NCBI GenBank assembly: GCA_045643345.1
Contig: JAZUKP010000033.1
Coordinates: 454-64,453 of the forward strand
Direction: 5' to 3'
DNA: 64,000 nucleotides
DNA from: Anaerovoracaceae bacterium
GTDB lineage: Bacteria; Bacillota; Clostridia; Peptostreptococcales; Anaerovoracaceae
Shown here: positions 1-7,942 of the stretch, piece by piece
Position numbering within the stretch: position 1 is the first letter of the stretch
Layout of the letters: every line of letters starts with the position of its first letter
Translations under genes and position numbers: made by a program
Notes under the pieces: generated by a model
What the model was told of the DNA's origin: nothing
Databases searched by the model: none
What the model saw: only the letters and a program-made list of their open reading frames with translations

Positions 1-54
1 GTACAGCCGGGGAGAATTTTCTCTCCGGCTACACTCCATAGATTAGGGGGAAAT

Positions 55-873
55 ATGTCTGATTACGATGATGGTTTTATAGAAGGCATGGCATTGGCTG
101 ATGCTGGAGCAGGGCTTGCCGAACTGTATGTTGGATTATTCATAGTCGCGTTTGTCCTCTTTGTAATAAAAATAGCCTTTATGATAGCCTTTATTTTAAT
201 GGAGGTTGCCCTTGCAGTATTGGCTGTTGGTAGCGTGCTTCTTGCAAGACAAAAGTTTAAGTGCAGAGAAGACCTGCTGCCCCTTTGTTATTGCGGAAGT
301 TGCCGCCCGGTAAGAGAGAGTGTACGAACCTATATAAGATCGGATCCCATAGATCCGCAGCCCATATGGATTAAACGTGTTCTGTTTAAAGATCCCAAAA
401 GGCAGGATAATGTTTTTTGGGATTTTGGCAATGTTATTGCCGGAATACTCTATTTGCCAAAAGTCATAAAGACGTATAGAGCTTGGCACAAAGAAGATGC
501 AGGGGAAGATCTGGTAATTGGGGTAGATGCATATTCTGATAGGAAAAAGCTCCAGGACAATATTCAGAACTTTCTAAAAAACAATAAACCTACCGCCTTT
601 TACATTCCTAAGTGGTTGTTTATTGTCTGCGGCATAATAACTGTTGTGGTACTCCCTGTTACAATTTGCAAAATAATAGGAGCGGTTGATTCCGCTACTT
701 CATGGTCAGCATTGCTGGTCTTGGCAGGAGAATTTGCTTTGGCTTTTGTTTTTTTAAAAAGTATATATGTAACAGACAATATCAACACCTATAATAACGT
801 TCTTTCTGCAGGCAAGAAACTTGATGAAATGATGGGAAAGAACGTGTTTGAGGATTATGAGGGAATTTATTAA
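55..873 (+). CDS. hypothetical membrane protein
   Basis: 272-aa ORF from ATG 55. It has a long N-terminal hydrophobic segment (LYVGLFIVAFVLFVIKIAFMIAFILMEVALAVLAVGSVLL) and C-terminal TM helices. No catalytic motif recognised. Confidence 0.5.
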   Translation: MSDYDDGFIEGMALADAGAGLAELYVGLFIVAFVLFVIKIAFMIAFILMEVALAVLAVGSVLLARQKFKCREDLLPLCYCGSCRPVRESVRTYIRSDPIDPQPIWIKRVLFKDPKRQDNVFWDFGNVIAGILYLPKVIKTYRAWHKEDAGEDLVIGVDAYSDRKKLQDNIQNFLKNNKPTAFYIPKWLFIVCGIITVVVLPVTICKIIGAVDSATSWSALLVLAGEFALAFVFLKSIYVTDNINTYNNVLSAGKKLDEMMGKNVFEDYEGIY

Positions 874-1330
874 GAACAGCTTCTTACAAATAAATAAACG
901 CTTGTTTGCGGTAATATTGCTTTTGGCTGCTTTGATGCTGTCTGGCTGCGAAGGAACCACAATCACAACGACCGAAAAAGAAAAAGTGTCGAAAGTGTAT
1001 GAGATTGAAGCCGGCTCCGAAGAAGAACTTGCAGAAAAAATCGAAAACCTTCCCGAAGAGATAACAGAAGACGGAAAGACCTATCACAAAAGGGGGGACA
1101 CAACTACCGGAGACGATGTAAAAGCGCCGGCAAAGGAAGGCACCGCATCATCTGTCGTTGAAACAAAGGATCCGCTGGTTAAGCACAAGGCAGATATCGC
1201 CGCAGCGATGCAGAGCGTAAAGCTGTTTATTGTGGCATATTACTTGCAGCTTGCAATCGCTATTATCGCAGCAGCGGGCATTATTATTGCAGGGAATATT
1301 ATGTATCACCGTTATGACCTTTGGTGGTAA
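857..1330 (+). CDS. putative lipoprotein with C-terminal membrane anchor
   Basis: Lipobox LAALMLSGC, an E/K-rich linker and a C-terminal hydrophobic helix (LQLAIAIIAAAGIIIAGNIM). The start is ambiguous (TTG 848 or ATG 857, poor SD spacing). Confidence 0.45.
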   Translation: MREFIKNSFLQINKRLFAVILLLAALMLSGCEGTTITTTEKEKVSKVYEIEAGSEEELAEKIENLPEEITEDGKTYHKRGDTTTGDDVKAPAKEGTASSVVETKDPLVKHKADIAAAMQSVKLFIVAYYLQLAIAIIAAAGIIIAGNIMYHRYDLWW

Positions 1331-1337
1331 GTGAAAA

Positions 1338-1360
1338 AGAGTGCATTACTGCACTCTTTT
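1338..1360 (+). terminator. intrinsic terminator
   Basis: AGAGTGCA-ttac-TGCACTCT perfect stem followed by TTTT, a few nt after the stop at 1330. Confidence 0.6.
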
Positions 1361-1471
1361 CCTTTGTGTCTTAATTTTTTTGAGGATGGGTCGGGCACTT
1401 TGGGAATGCCCGATAATGAATTGCTCGTGACACTTCATTACGTCTATAGTTTACCATAAATTACGATAAAT

Positions 1472-2239
1472 TTATAGTGCTAAAGCGGTTAATTTGGAGA
1501 ACTTCTTGATTTCTGCATGAAGCCGCTTATAGCCTTCTGCCATAGATACAGGCTTTCCGTTGATGGTCCAGCCGTTCTTTTCCATTTCGGTGATTTTACC
1601 GGAATTGAGCAGATTGTTGAAGCTTTCGTTTTCGGTATAGAGCTGGATTTCAAAGTTCTCCTTCATAGCGGAAAGTGCCTTAACGCAGCTCCAGAGCAGG
1701 GTGTACTTCTCGTCTCTTCCGGCAAAGCAGCCTTCTTCTTTCTTGGCGCGGCCTGCGCAGCTGGCTGTATAAGACCAACTTCCGCCTGCGTAAGCATTAA
1801 GATATATTGTAATAAGCCTTGGATTATCGCAAGTGGGAGAATCCGGGGCAGTCGTGTTGAAGGACTTGTTAAGCTCCGGATTCTCATAGAAATTGCCGCA
1901 TACCTCATAGGTTGTGACGGCTGAAAGCGGGTAGTCGTGTTCAGTTGTTTGGACAATATATGAGTACCTGGCTTCACTCCAGGATACAAGACCGATTTCG
2001 GGGCCAAGACCTGCATCGAACCGAATATAGTCGGATTCGTAAAGATCCGGATTTTCGGACAGCTTACGCATAAAGATTGTCGGCTCAACCGATTGTCTTC
2101 CGTTTAAAGCGCAGGCATAAGGCTGGCTCTTGCTTGCCATCGGAACTACGATCTGATAGCCGCGGCTTGTGGTAATCATCTTCCCAAGCTGAGGAAGGTA
2201 AAAGCGAATGCCATTTTCAGGGTAATTGTGATTTGTCAT
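1472..2239 (-). CDS. two-domain protein with degenerate RNase HI-like C-terminal domain
   Basis: Start moved to ATG 2239 (GGAGGA 5 nt upstream). The C-terminal ~110 aa align by eye to RNase HI (ITIYLNAYAGGS, VKALSAM, LYTENESF, EMEKNGWTINGKPV). The acidic catalytic positions read N/T/E, and the domain ends before the last Asp. Confidence 0.45.
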   Translation of the reverse strand: MTNHNYPENGIRFYLPQLGKMITTSRGYQIVVPMASKSQPYACALNGRQSVEPTIFMRKLSENPDLYESDYIRFDAGLGPEIGLVSWSEARYSYIVQTTEHDYPLSAVTTYEVCGNFYENPELNKSFNTTAPDSPTCDNPRLITIYLNAYAGGSWSYTASCAGRAKKEEGCFAGRDEKYTLLWSCVKALSAMKENFEIQLYTENESFNNLLNSGKITEMEKNGWTINGKPVSMAEGYKRLHAEIKKFSKLTALAL

Positions 2240-2265
2240 ATTTGTCCTCCAACAATGATATATTA

Positions 2266-2310
2266 ACACGAATTACCCACTTTGTCAACAGAAAAGGGTA
2301 AATTATGTTA
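2266..2310. promoter_or_regulatory. operator: inverted pair of GGYAWWTYRTGT boxes
   Basis: ACACGAATTACCC (2266-2278) and GGGTAAATTATGT (2296-2308) form an imperfect inverted repeat in the divergent 2239/2357 intergenic region. The same box recurs at 33288-33344, 35303-35316 and 37187-37244. Confidence 0.5.
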
Positions 2311-2356
2311 TATTTTTGTTCAAGTTTGCATCGGTGTGATATAATGAGGTATAGTG

Positions 2357-2656
2357 ATGAGTAAGAGAATAGACTTGATCAGAAGCTGCTGCAAGGCAAG
2401 CGATTTATCAGAAGACACGCTTGAAAATATCATTGCGACGGCTTACTATCTCGGACGGGAAGAAGCAACGCAGAAGATCATCCGGGAACACAATAAAATG
2501 ATTATAGATATGCGCCAGAGGGCAAGAGAATGTTCCTTTCCGCATCTTGCGGAAGGCGTGATAGGAACCAGTAAGGATACTTTCATCTATTCTCCGGACT
2601 ACACAGGGGACAAGACGAAGAAATATTCTGACATAGAAGTTAACTGCATGGAATAG
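2357..2656 (+). CDS. hypothetical protein
   Basis: ATG 2357 lies 8 nt after GAGGT. An extended -10 (TGaTATAAT, 2337-2345) is upstream. 99 aa, no motif recognised. Confidence 0.5.
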   Translation: MSKRIDLIRSCCKASDLSEDTLENIIATAYYLGREEATQKIIREHNKMIIDMRQRARECSFPHLAEGVIGTSKDTFIYSPDYTGDKTKKYSDIEVNCME

Positions 2657-2663
2657 AGGTATT

Positions 2664-3350
2664 ATGGACAAGATTTTGGTTTTTTACGGTGCGGATCATG
2701 CTGTGGGAACATCACAGATAGCATTATCGACAGCGGAAATTCTATCTAACGCAGGTGAGCGGGTATTATATATAGATGCCTCCGGCGAGCTTTATGATGG
2801 GTACACAGATTTGGGCTATGAGTATAAAGGAATAGATCAGATTCTTCGGGAGATAAACCCGCAGCAGGCTGTAATCCAAAGAGGCAAGCTGGATTATATT
2901 CTGGGTGTCCGTGCCACTGCCAAGATGAAATATGAAAAGGATTTTTTCCCGAAAGTAATCGGATCCTTACCAGAATATAACCATATCATAATTGATGCCG
3001 GCTCTGACGCGCGGGATGAACTATCGCTTCGTGCATTAGAATATGCGGATAAGAGGTACTTTATTGTACGGCAGAACCCGAAGACCATCGATAAATTCCG
3101 TATTATCGCAGAGAATATTCTGAACGGCAAAAATCTATATTCACGGACGGATGAAATTATTATTAACGCAATTCGAAAGTCCAAGATGCTTTATACCAAG
3201 GAGCAGGTGGAAGCCGCTCTTCTAAAAAAGGCTTATGCGCTGCCCTACATCAAAGATGCTATTAAGTGCGAGTATGCAAGGACTTCACTTGCAGCCAAGA
3301 GCCGGAAATACAGGAAGGCACTGCACAGTATTTTACGGGACAGTCTTTGA
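2664..3350 (+). CDS. ParA/MinD-like protein with deviant P-loop
   Basis: The N-terminus KILVFYGADHAVGTSQIALSTAEILSNAGERVLYIDAS has the ParA/CpaE fold pattern. The Walker A lysine/GKT is absent. Confidence 0.45.
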   Translation: MDKILVFYGADHAVGTSQIALSTAEILSNAGERVLYIDASGELYDGYTDLGYEYKGIDQILREINPQQAVIQRGKLDYILGVRATAKMKYEKDFFPKVIGSLPEYNHIIIDAGSDARDELSLRALEYADKRYFIVRQNPKTIDKFRIIAENILNGKNLYSRTDEIIINAIRKSKMLYTKEQVEAALLKKAYALPYIKDAIKCEYARTSLAAKSRKYRKALHSILRDSL

Positions 3351-3369
3351 GACGAAAAGTGAAAATTTT

Positions 3370-3401
3370 ACCGGATACTCTTTGGAGTATCCGGTTTTTT
3401 T
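3370..3401 (+). terminator. intrinsic terminator
   Basis: ACCGGATACTC-tttg-GAGTATCCGGT followed by T7. Confidence 0.8.
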
Positions 3402-3424
3402 ATTAGGGCTGATTTTTCCCAAAG

Positions 3425-3460
3425 TTGACACTCCCCATGGCTAAAGCCATGGGTTTTATG
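3425..3460 (-). repeat. solo IS200/IS605-type right-end (omega-RNA terminus-like) fragment R1
   Basis: The minus strand reads CCCATGGCtttaGCCATGGGGAGTGTCAA. It matches the hairpin plus GGGAGTRTGTCAA terminus of the intact TnpB element at 31931-31964 and abuts the stop codon of 3461..4741. Confidence 0.5.
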
Positions 3461-4741
3461 TCAATCTTTCAAACAGCCGATTGGTATTACTAATACTCCG
3501 TCTTCACGCTTGTATCCGTATTGTGTTCCGGTTATTACCAGTTTCAGATCAGGAGTCCGCAAAGGATTCTGTGATTCCTTTTTATTGTTTTCACGGATGA
3601 GTCGCTCCATTTCACACAAATGCTTTGCCCCTTCATCCACTTCTGATTGGCCCAACTTAAACTCAATCAGAGCGTATCTTCCATCGTTCAAATGCAAGAC
3701 AGCATCCGCTTCAAGACCAAGTCTGTCATGGTAGTATGAAATCGTGCCGTCATTACCAGATGAATAGATTTTTAAATCCCTGATACATAAACACTCAAAT
3801 AAGAACCCTAAGGTCTTATAATCCTTCGAAAAATATTCCGGTGACACGCCTAACGCGGCAGCCGCAATTGAAGGGTCGATGATGTTTCGTTTCTTTGATG
3901 ACCGGATGGATGTTTTTGACCGTATCGCGGGGCACCATGCGTCTATATCTTCCAGGATCATCAGCTTTTCAAAGCCAGAGACATAATCATAGTAGGTCTG
4001 TTTTGAAATGTCACAAGTTGCCGAAATATCCGCAAGTATTGTCTTAGCCTCTGCAAGCGTACAAAGATTCCGGGCATAAGACCTCAAAATCATCTTCGCC
4101 CATGTGGGATTTCTTTTCACTTTGTCAATGTTGGAAATATCAACCTCACAGGTCTGGGCAAACAGGTCCTTCGCGATGGATAGTTTTGCCTTATCTGTTT
4201 TTCCTCGCAGGCTTGCAGGCCAACCGCCCCGACATATCGCAAACTTAATGTTGTCAATCGTAAGATCGGATCTGCATCCTTCAAATGAGCCTGGATCGTC
4301 AAACAGCTGCGCCAGAGAAACAGTTCCGTTTGATTCCCCCGTTTCATACAAACTCATTGGATACATTTTAATCTTTGAAATTCTCAATGTTCCAGTATGC
4401 GGAGTTTCTACCGAAGCAGAACTGGATCCCGTCAGTATATACTGCCCGACTTCACCAGAATCATCTACATCCTTTCTGATTGCCCCCCATATTTTTGGGG
4501 CGTCTTGCCATTCATCGAACAGCCTTGGTTTTTCGCCTTTCAATAAATCAGACGGATGCGTGTTGGCAATAAGTAGATAGTTCTCCCGCTCATCTTCATC
4601 CTGAAATTCAATAAAACTTTTTGCTTTCATTTTTGCTGTTGTTGTTTTTCCGCAGCCCTTAGGTCCTATAATTAGCGCTGCACCAAATGCATCCAGTTTC
4701 TGTGAAAGCAGTTCGTCAGCAATTCTTTTTAGGTAGTTCAT
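3461..4741 (-). CDS. AAA-family ATPase (AAA_14/DUF4143-type)
   Basis: Walker A GPKGCGKT and the family-typical N-terminus MNYLKRIADELL. Start moved to ATG 4741 (GGAG 9 nt upstream). The -10 TATAAT (minus; 4771-4776) and -35 TTGCAA (4794-4799) lie inside repeat 1. Confidence 0.6.
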   Translation of the reverse strand: MNYLKRIADELLSQKLDAFGAALIIGPKGCGKTTTAKMKAKSFIEFQDEDERENYLLIANTHPSDLLKGEKPRLFDEWQDAPKIWGAIRKDVDDSGEVGQYILTGSSSASVETPHTGTLRISKIKMYPMSLYETGESNGTVSLAQLFDDPGSFEGCRSDLTIDNIKFAICRGGWPASLRGKTDKAKLSIAKDLFAQTCEVDISNIDKVKRNPTWAKMILRSYARNLCTLAEAKTILADISATCDISKQTYYDYVSGFEKLMILEDIDAWCPAIRSKTSIRSSKKRNIIDPSIAAAALGVSPEYFSKDYKTLGFLFECLCIRDLKIYSSGNDGTISYYHDRLGLEADAVLHLNDGRYALIEFKLGQSEVDEGAKHLCEMERLIRENNKKESQNPLRTPDLKLVITGTQYGYKREDGVLVIPIGCLKD

Positions 4742-4784
4742 CTTCTTTTTCTCCATGATTTTATGAGTATATTATATGCGCGAG

Positions 4785-4853
4785 TTGACAGATTTGCAAT
4801 AATCTGGTTGACAGATTTGCAATAACTTAATTGACAGATTTGCAAAAACGCAA
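4785..4853. repeat. three tandem 23-bp repeats TTGACAGATTTGCAAWAA
   Basis: Units start at 4785, 4808 and 4831. They overlap the -35 of the ATPase promoter and are a likely operator. Confidence 0.7.
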
Positions 4854-4909
4854 AACTATGGATTTTTTCTGCTAAGTGCGAAGAAAAACATGCAAAAGAG
4901 ATATTTTTA

Positions 4910-5046
4910 TTGATTTTTTTTAAATCATACAGTATACTGTACTTGTATCTTAATTTATGCTTTGCGAAGTATTATATCTTTGGCAAAGCCGCAAGTATTA
5001 TAATGATGTGATAATTTACGGATTCTATTGGAGAACCCGTTTTTTT
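4910..5046 (+). promoter_or_regulatory. structured leader copy A (promoter, covarying stem-loop, conserved box, terminator)
   Basis: Promoter TTGATT-17-TATACT (4910-4938). Stem-loop GCTTTGC-GAAG-tattatat-CTTT-g-GCAAAGC (4959-4989). Box GCAAGTATTATAATG. Hairpin ACGGATTCT-attg-GAGAACCCGT plus T6 (5018-5046), then GGAGGG and ATG 5071. Confidence 0.6.
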
Positions 5047-5070
5047 ATTGCAGAATTGAAGGAGGGAAAA

Positions 5071-5814
5071 ATGACATTGTTAAAAATCGTGGCACGCTTA
5101 GGTCTTTTCTTGTTGTTCTGGGTAGTATCTGGAATCACCTTTATGCAGTTCTTTGCATCTGATGGTGCAAAAAAAGCGTTTGCCTGGCTGAAGAAGTTCC
5201 GCAGCCGCATCGAAAATGCTGTGCGGGTATTTAAGGAGCCGGATAATACCAAGGTGCTGTTCGGCTATCCGTCGGTTGAGTCTTATTCGCGGGAAAGAAA
5301 TCAGAATCTGAATGCGATAAGACGCTGGGCGCAGGATGAAAGAAAAAATGGTCACACATTATCCTTTGAACTGAAGGAAGGAAGAACAAATCTGATGTTC
5401 TTAAAGTATGATGGGATTCGGTATGAAGCGGAAGTATTCTTTATTGAAGAGTACGGTACTTTATATGTAGATAAAATTTCTGCAAAACTGGCAAACGGCA
5501 GTTCGATTGAACTTGAAGGGAATTTACCCAAGAAGCCGAAGCTCGACATTAAGAAATTTTTCGAAAACGAAAATACCCAAAAATACTGTAGGGAAATCGC
5601 AGAAACCGTAAACGATTATGGAGAAGGAATGTTTTCCATATATAAATGTGCGGGCTGCGAAACCTATGCAGATATGGTGGCCCAGTACACTAAAGAAGAA
5701 ATTAAGGCCATGGAAGAAGAAGTATCCCACAGTTATAAGTCTTTCGAAGAATTAGCCGAAGGACTTTATCTGTGCAAAGGATACATTGAACAAGACGCCA
5801 TAACAGAAGAATAA
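5071..5814 (+). CDS. hypothetical membrane-anchored protein
   Basis: ATG 5071 follows GGAGGG. N-terminal TM helix LGLFLLFWVVSGITFMQFF. The 4957 start in the ORF track would translate the leader RNA. Confidence 0.55.
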   Translation: MTLLKIVARLGLFLLFWVVSGITFMQFFASDGAKKAFAWLKKFRSRIENAVRVFKEPDNTKVLFGYPSVESYSRERNQNLNAIRRWAQDERKNGHTLSFELKEGRTNLMFLKYDGIRYEAEVFFIEEYGTLYVDKISAKLANGSSIELEGNLPKKPKLDIKKFFENENTQKYCREIAETVNDYGEGMFSIYKCAGCETYADMVAQYTKEEIKAMEEEVSHSYKSFEELAEGLYLCKGYIEQDAITEE

Positions 5815-5831
5815 TTTGAGGAGGGAAAAAA

Positions 5832-6260
5832 ATGGCAACAAATCTTGTAGTTTTAACGGGTAGACTTACGGATAACCCGACCGTGCGTTACGGTGCACAA
5901 TCCCAGACAGCGGTAGCCCGCTTTAATCTTGCCGTAGACCGCGGCAAGAAAGACGGTAAAGATCTGGGAACGGATTTTCCGTCGATTGTCGCTTTTGGAA
6001 AAACTGCCGAAAACATCGAAAAATACTGCAAAAAAGGTTCCCTGGTACTCATCATGGGAAGACTTCAAACAGGTTCTTACGAAAAAGACGGCAGAAAGAT
6101 CTACACAACGGAAGTTTTGCTTGACCGTGTAGAGTTTCTGGAGAAGAAGAGTGATTCTGCTGCCGGCACACCGGCTCCTGCAGATGCAGCTCCGGCAAGC
6201 TCCGGTTCTGGGGATCCGCTTGGCGGAGTCAACCTTGACCCGGACGATATTCCGTTCTAA
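5832..6260 (+). CDS. ssb: single-stranded DNA-binding protein
   Basis: OB-fold SSB pattern (LTGRLTDNPTVRY, VAFGKTAENIEKYCKKGSLVLIMGRLQTGSYEKDG), a Gly/Pro/Ala-rich tail and an acidic tip DDIPF. Confidence 0.9.
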   Translation: MATNLVVLTGRLTDNPTVRYGAQSQTAVARFNLAVDRGKKDGKDLGTDFPSIVAFGKTAENIEKYCKKGSLVLIMGRLQTGSYEKDGRKIYTTEVLLDRVEFLEKKSDSAAGTPAPADAAPASSGSGDPLGGVNLDPDDIPF

Positions 6261-6277
6261 CAGCCATTTTAATGACA

Positions 6278-6317
6278 GGGGAAGATGCTTAAAAAGTATC
6301 TTCCCCGTAATTTTTTT
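6278..6317 (+). terminator. junction terminator 1 (hairpin, T7, fused to GAGGAGG)
   Basis: GGGGAAGAT-loop-ATCTTCCCC, then T7 running into GAGGAGG (6318-6324). Confidence 0.6.
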
Positions 6318-6335
6318 GAGGAGGATTTTAGAAAA

Positions 6336-6584
6336 ATGAATAGCAATTTAACACACTGCGTATCAACAAATTTAGGCGATGATTGTTCAAGTGAAATCAT
6401 CATTCACAGCGTCTGGACGCATATGATGCTGCCGAAAACCAACAGAGACCTTTTGCTGTTTTTAAACAACGGGGGCATTTCGATTGGCCGGTATGTAGGA
6501 GAAGATACCTGGATTGACAATAATGCCCTGGCAACAGAACATTACTTGTCCGATTCCGACGTGGGCCTGTGGATGTACTTGTAA
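6336..6584 (+). CDS. hypothetical protein
   Basis: 82 aa. ATG 6336 lies 11 nt after GAGGAGG. Confidence 0.5.
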   Translation: MNSNLTHCVSTNLGDDCSSEIIIHSVWTHMMLPKTNRDLLLFLNNGGISIGRYVGEDTWIDNNALATEHYLSDSDVGLWMYL

Positions 6585-6597
6585 GGAGGATATATGT

Positions 6598-7101
6598 ATG
6601 GATCTTCGGAAAAAATTCAAAGGTGTTCTGGAAGTTGCGTCTGGATATGTTACGGTTACAGACCCCGGATATGATGCTGATGAAGACTGCTTTATCCAGG
6701 TTACAGTAAAAAACGGCAGCTACCTCTGCTACACTTACGAAGCCGAAAAAACGGATTGGATTCAGAGAATGTGCCTGATGGATCAGGAAGATAACTTCTC
6801 CGAATCCGACTGGGAAATGATTGGATATCTTCCGGTAGATGCGGGCCTAATGTCTATCTGTGACGGACAAAAGCCGGATTACACCGATGCTGAATGGGAG
6901 ACATTCTGCGATATGCTTTCGGATAATATCTTTTACCATAAAGGCAAAAAAATGTTCGTTTCTCCGTCAGGGGAAGGGGACGGGTTCTATCCAGTGTATG
7001 CGGTTATGGACAAGGACAGAAATGCGATTGCAATAGAGATCCGCTTCCGTGACATGTGGATTAACCGTCAGGATGGGACCGTTCTCTACGATTTCTTTTA
7101 A
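6598..7101 (+). CDS. hypothetical protein (DUF4241-like, tentative)
   Basis: ATG 6598 lies 8 nt after AAGGAGGA. The C-terminal SPSGEGDGFYPVYAV motif resembles DUF4241-type proteins. Confidence 0.45.
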   Translation: MDLRKKFKGVLEVASGYVTVTDPGYDADEDCFIQVTVKNGSYLCYTYEAEKTDWIQRMCLMDQEDNFSESDWEMIGYLPVDAGLMSICDGQKPDYTDAEWETFCDMLSDNIFYHKGKKMFVSPSGEGDGFYPVYAVMDKDRNAIAIEIRFRDMWINRQDGTVLYDFF

Positions 7102-7141
7102 TTAAATTTTTTGGCTCCTTGTGGAGCTGTGCTTTTAGAAA

Positions 7142-7174
7142 GTTCAGCTCCTTTAGGGCTGAACAATTTTTTTT
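7142..7174 (+). terminator. junction terminator 2
   Basis: GTTCAGCtCC-ttta-GGgCTGAAC plus T8 running into GAGGAG. A second small hairpin GCTCC-ttgt-GGAGC lies at 7114-7127. Confidence 0.6.
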
Positions 7175-7186
7175 GAGGAGAAAAAA

Positions 7187-7942
7187 ATGGACGTAAACAA
7201 AATCAAAGAGTTGTATCCCGCCGGCACAAGAATCGTGCTGCTTTCCATGGGTGATGACCCTCGGCCGATTCCGCCGGGAACCAAAGGCACCGTAGACTAT
7301 GTGGATGATATCGGACAGCTGCATTGCAGCTTCGATAACGGAAGATACCTGGGGATTATCCCTGGGGAAGATGAATTCAAAAAGGTTTACTCTTCCGATG
7401 ATATCTCATTAAATCTTCGCGAGGACGGCAAACTTGAAATCTATCTTAAAAACTGCCTTGCAGCAGAAATTTCTGATGGAAAATATAGTCTGGAATTTGC
7501 TTTGGAAGTCTTGACCGGCATGGGTTATTATTTCGACGATGAGATAAAACCGTCTAATAAGATTACCGTATTGGTAATCGAACCCGGAAAAATCGCAAGA
7601 GTTGAAGAAGTAGAAACCGGGCTGAAAAGCTACCAAAAGCTCGTGGGCGGTGATATCGAAGGCTACTATCCCTTTGAGGAGGCGGTTTGCATTGTCTGTG
7701 ATGATTCCGGCAAATTCGATGGCAGCCTGCCAAACCGTGCAGTATATGACAGTGATGGGCGGATGCTGGATATCATCTTCGGAACATTCTTCATCTGCGA
7801 TTGCAGCGGGGAAGACTTTGGAAGTCTTTCTCCGTCTCAGATAGATAAATACAAAAAGATGTTTTTCTATCCGGAAAGATTTTTCGCCGCAGACGGGAAA
7901 GTTCAGGCAGTCAAAATTCAGACCAAGGAGGATTCGAAATGA
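7187..7942 (+). CDS. DUF4314/DUF3846-type conjugative-element protein
   Basis: The N-terminal YPAGTRIVLLSMGDDPRPIPPGTKGTVDYVDDIGQLHCSFDNG and C-terminal LVGGDIE...FGTFFICD modules are typical of Firmicutes ICE and plasmid leading regions. Confidence 0.55.
   Translation: MDVNKIKELYPAGTRIVLLSMGDDPRPIPPGTKGTVDYVDDIGQLHCSFDNGRYLGIIPGEDEFKKVYSSDDISLNLREDGKLEIYLKNCLAAEISDGKYSLEFALEVLTGMGYYFDDEIKPSNKITVLVIEPGKIARVEEVETGLKSYQKLVGGDIEGYYPFEEAVCIVCDDSGKFDGSLPNRAVYDSDGRMLDIIFGTFFICDCSGEDFGSLSPSQIDKYKKMFFYPERFFAADGKVQAVKIQTKEDSK

Noticed and set aside
1-54. An imperfect hairpin GTACAGCCGGGGAGA/TCTCTCCGGCTACAC at the window start, as a terminator.
   Set aside because: No T-run follows it, and the upstream context is outside the window, so it cannot be interpreted.
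4999-5004. The TATAAT-like box inside each leader (4999, 41646, 46570, 58465) as the real promoter -10, or as part of an Frpo-like single-strand promoter.
   Set aside because: The sequence 17 nt upstream is the stem-loop, not a -35. The flanks do not form the long mismatched hairpin needed for an ssDNA promoter. Every copy has a better complete promoter 45-90 nt upstream. It is kept only as an alternative in the leader finding.
4957-5070. The N-terminal 38 codons of ORF 4957..5814. The upstream extensions of ORFs 6285, 6514, 10461, 10811, 14149, 33359 and 48202 are similar.
   Set aside because: These extensions translate leader, terminator or T-run/GAGGAG junction sequence. In each case an internal ATG, TTG or GTG with a well-spaced SD gives the family-typical N-terminus.
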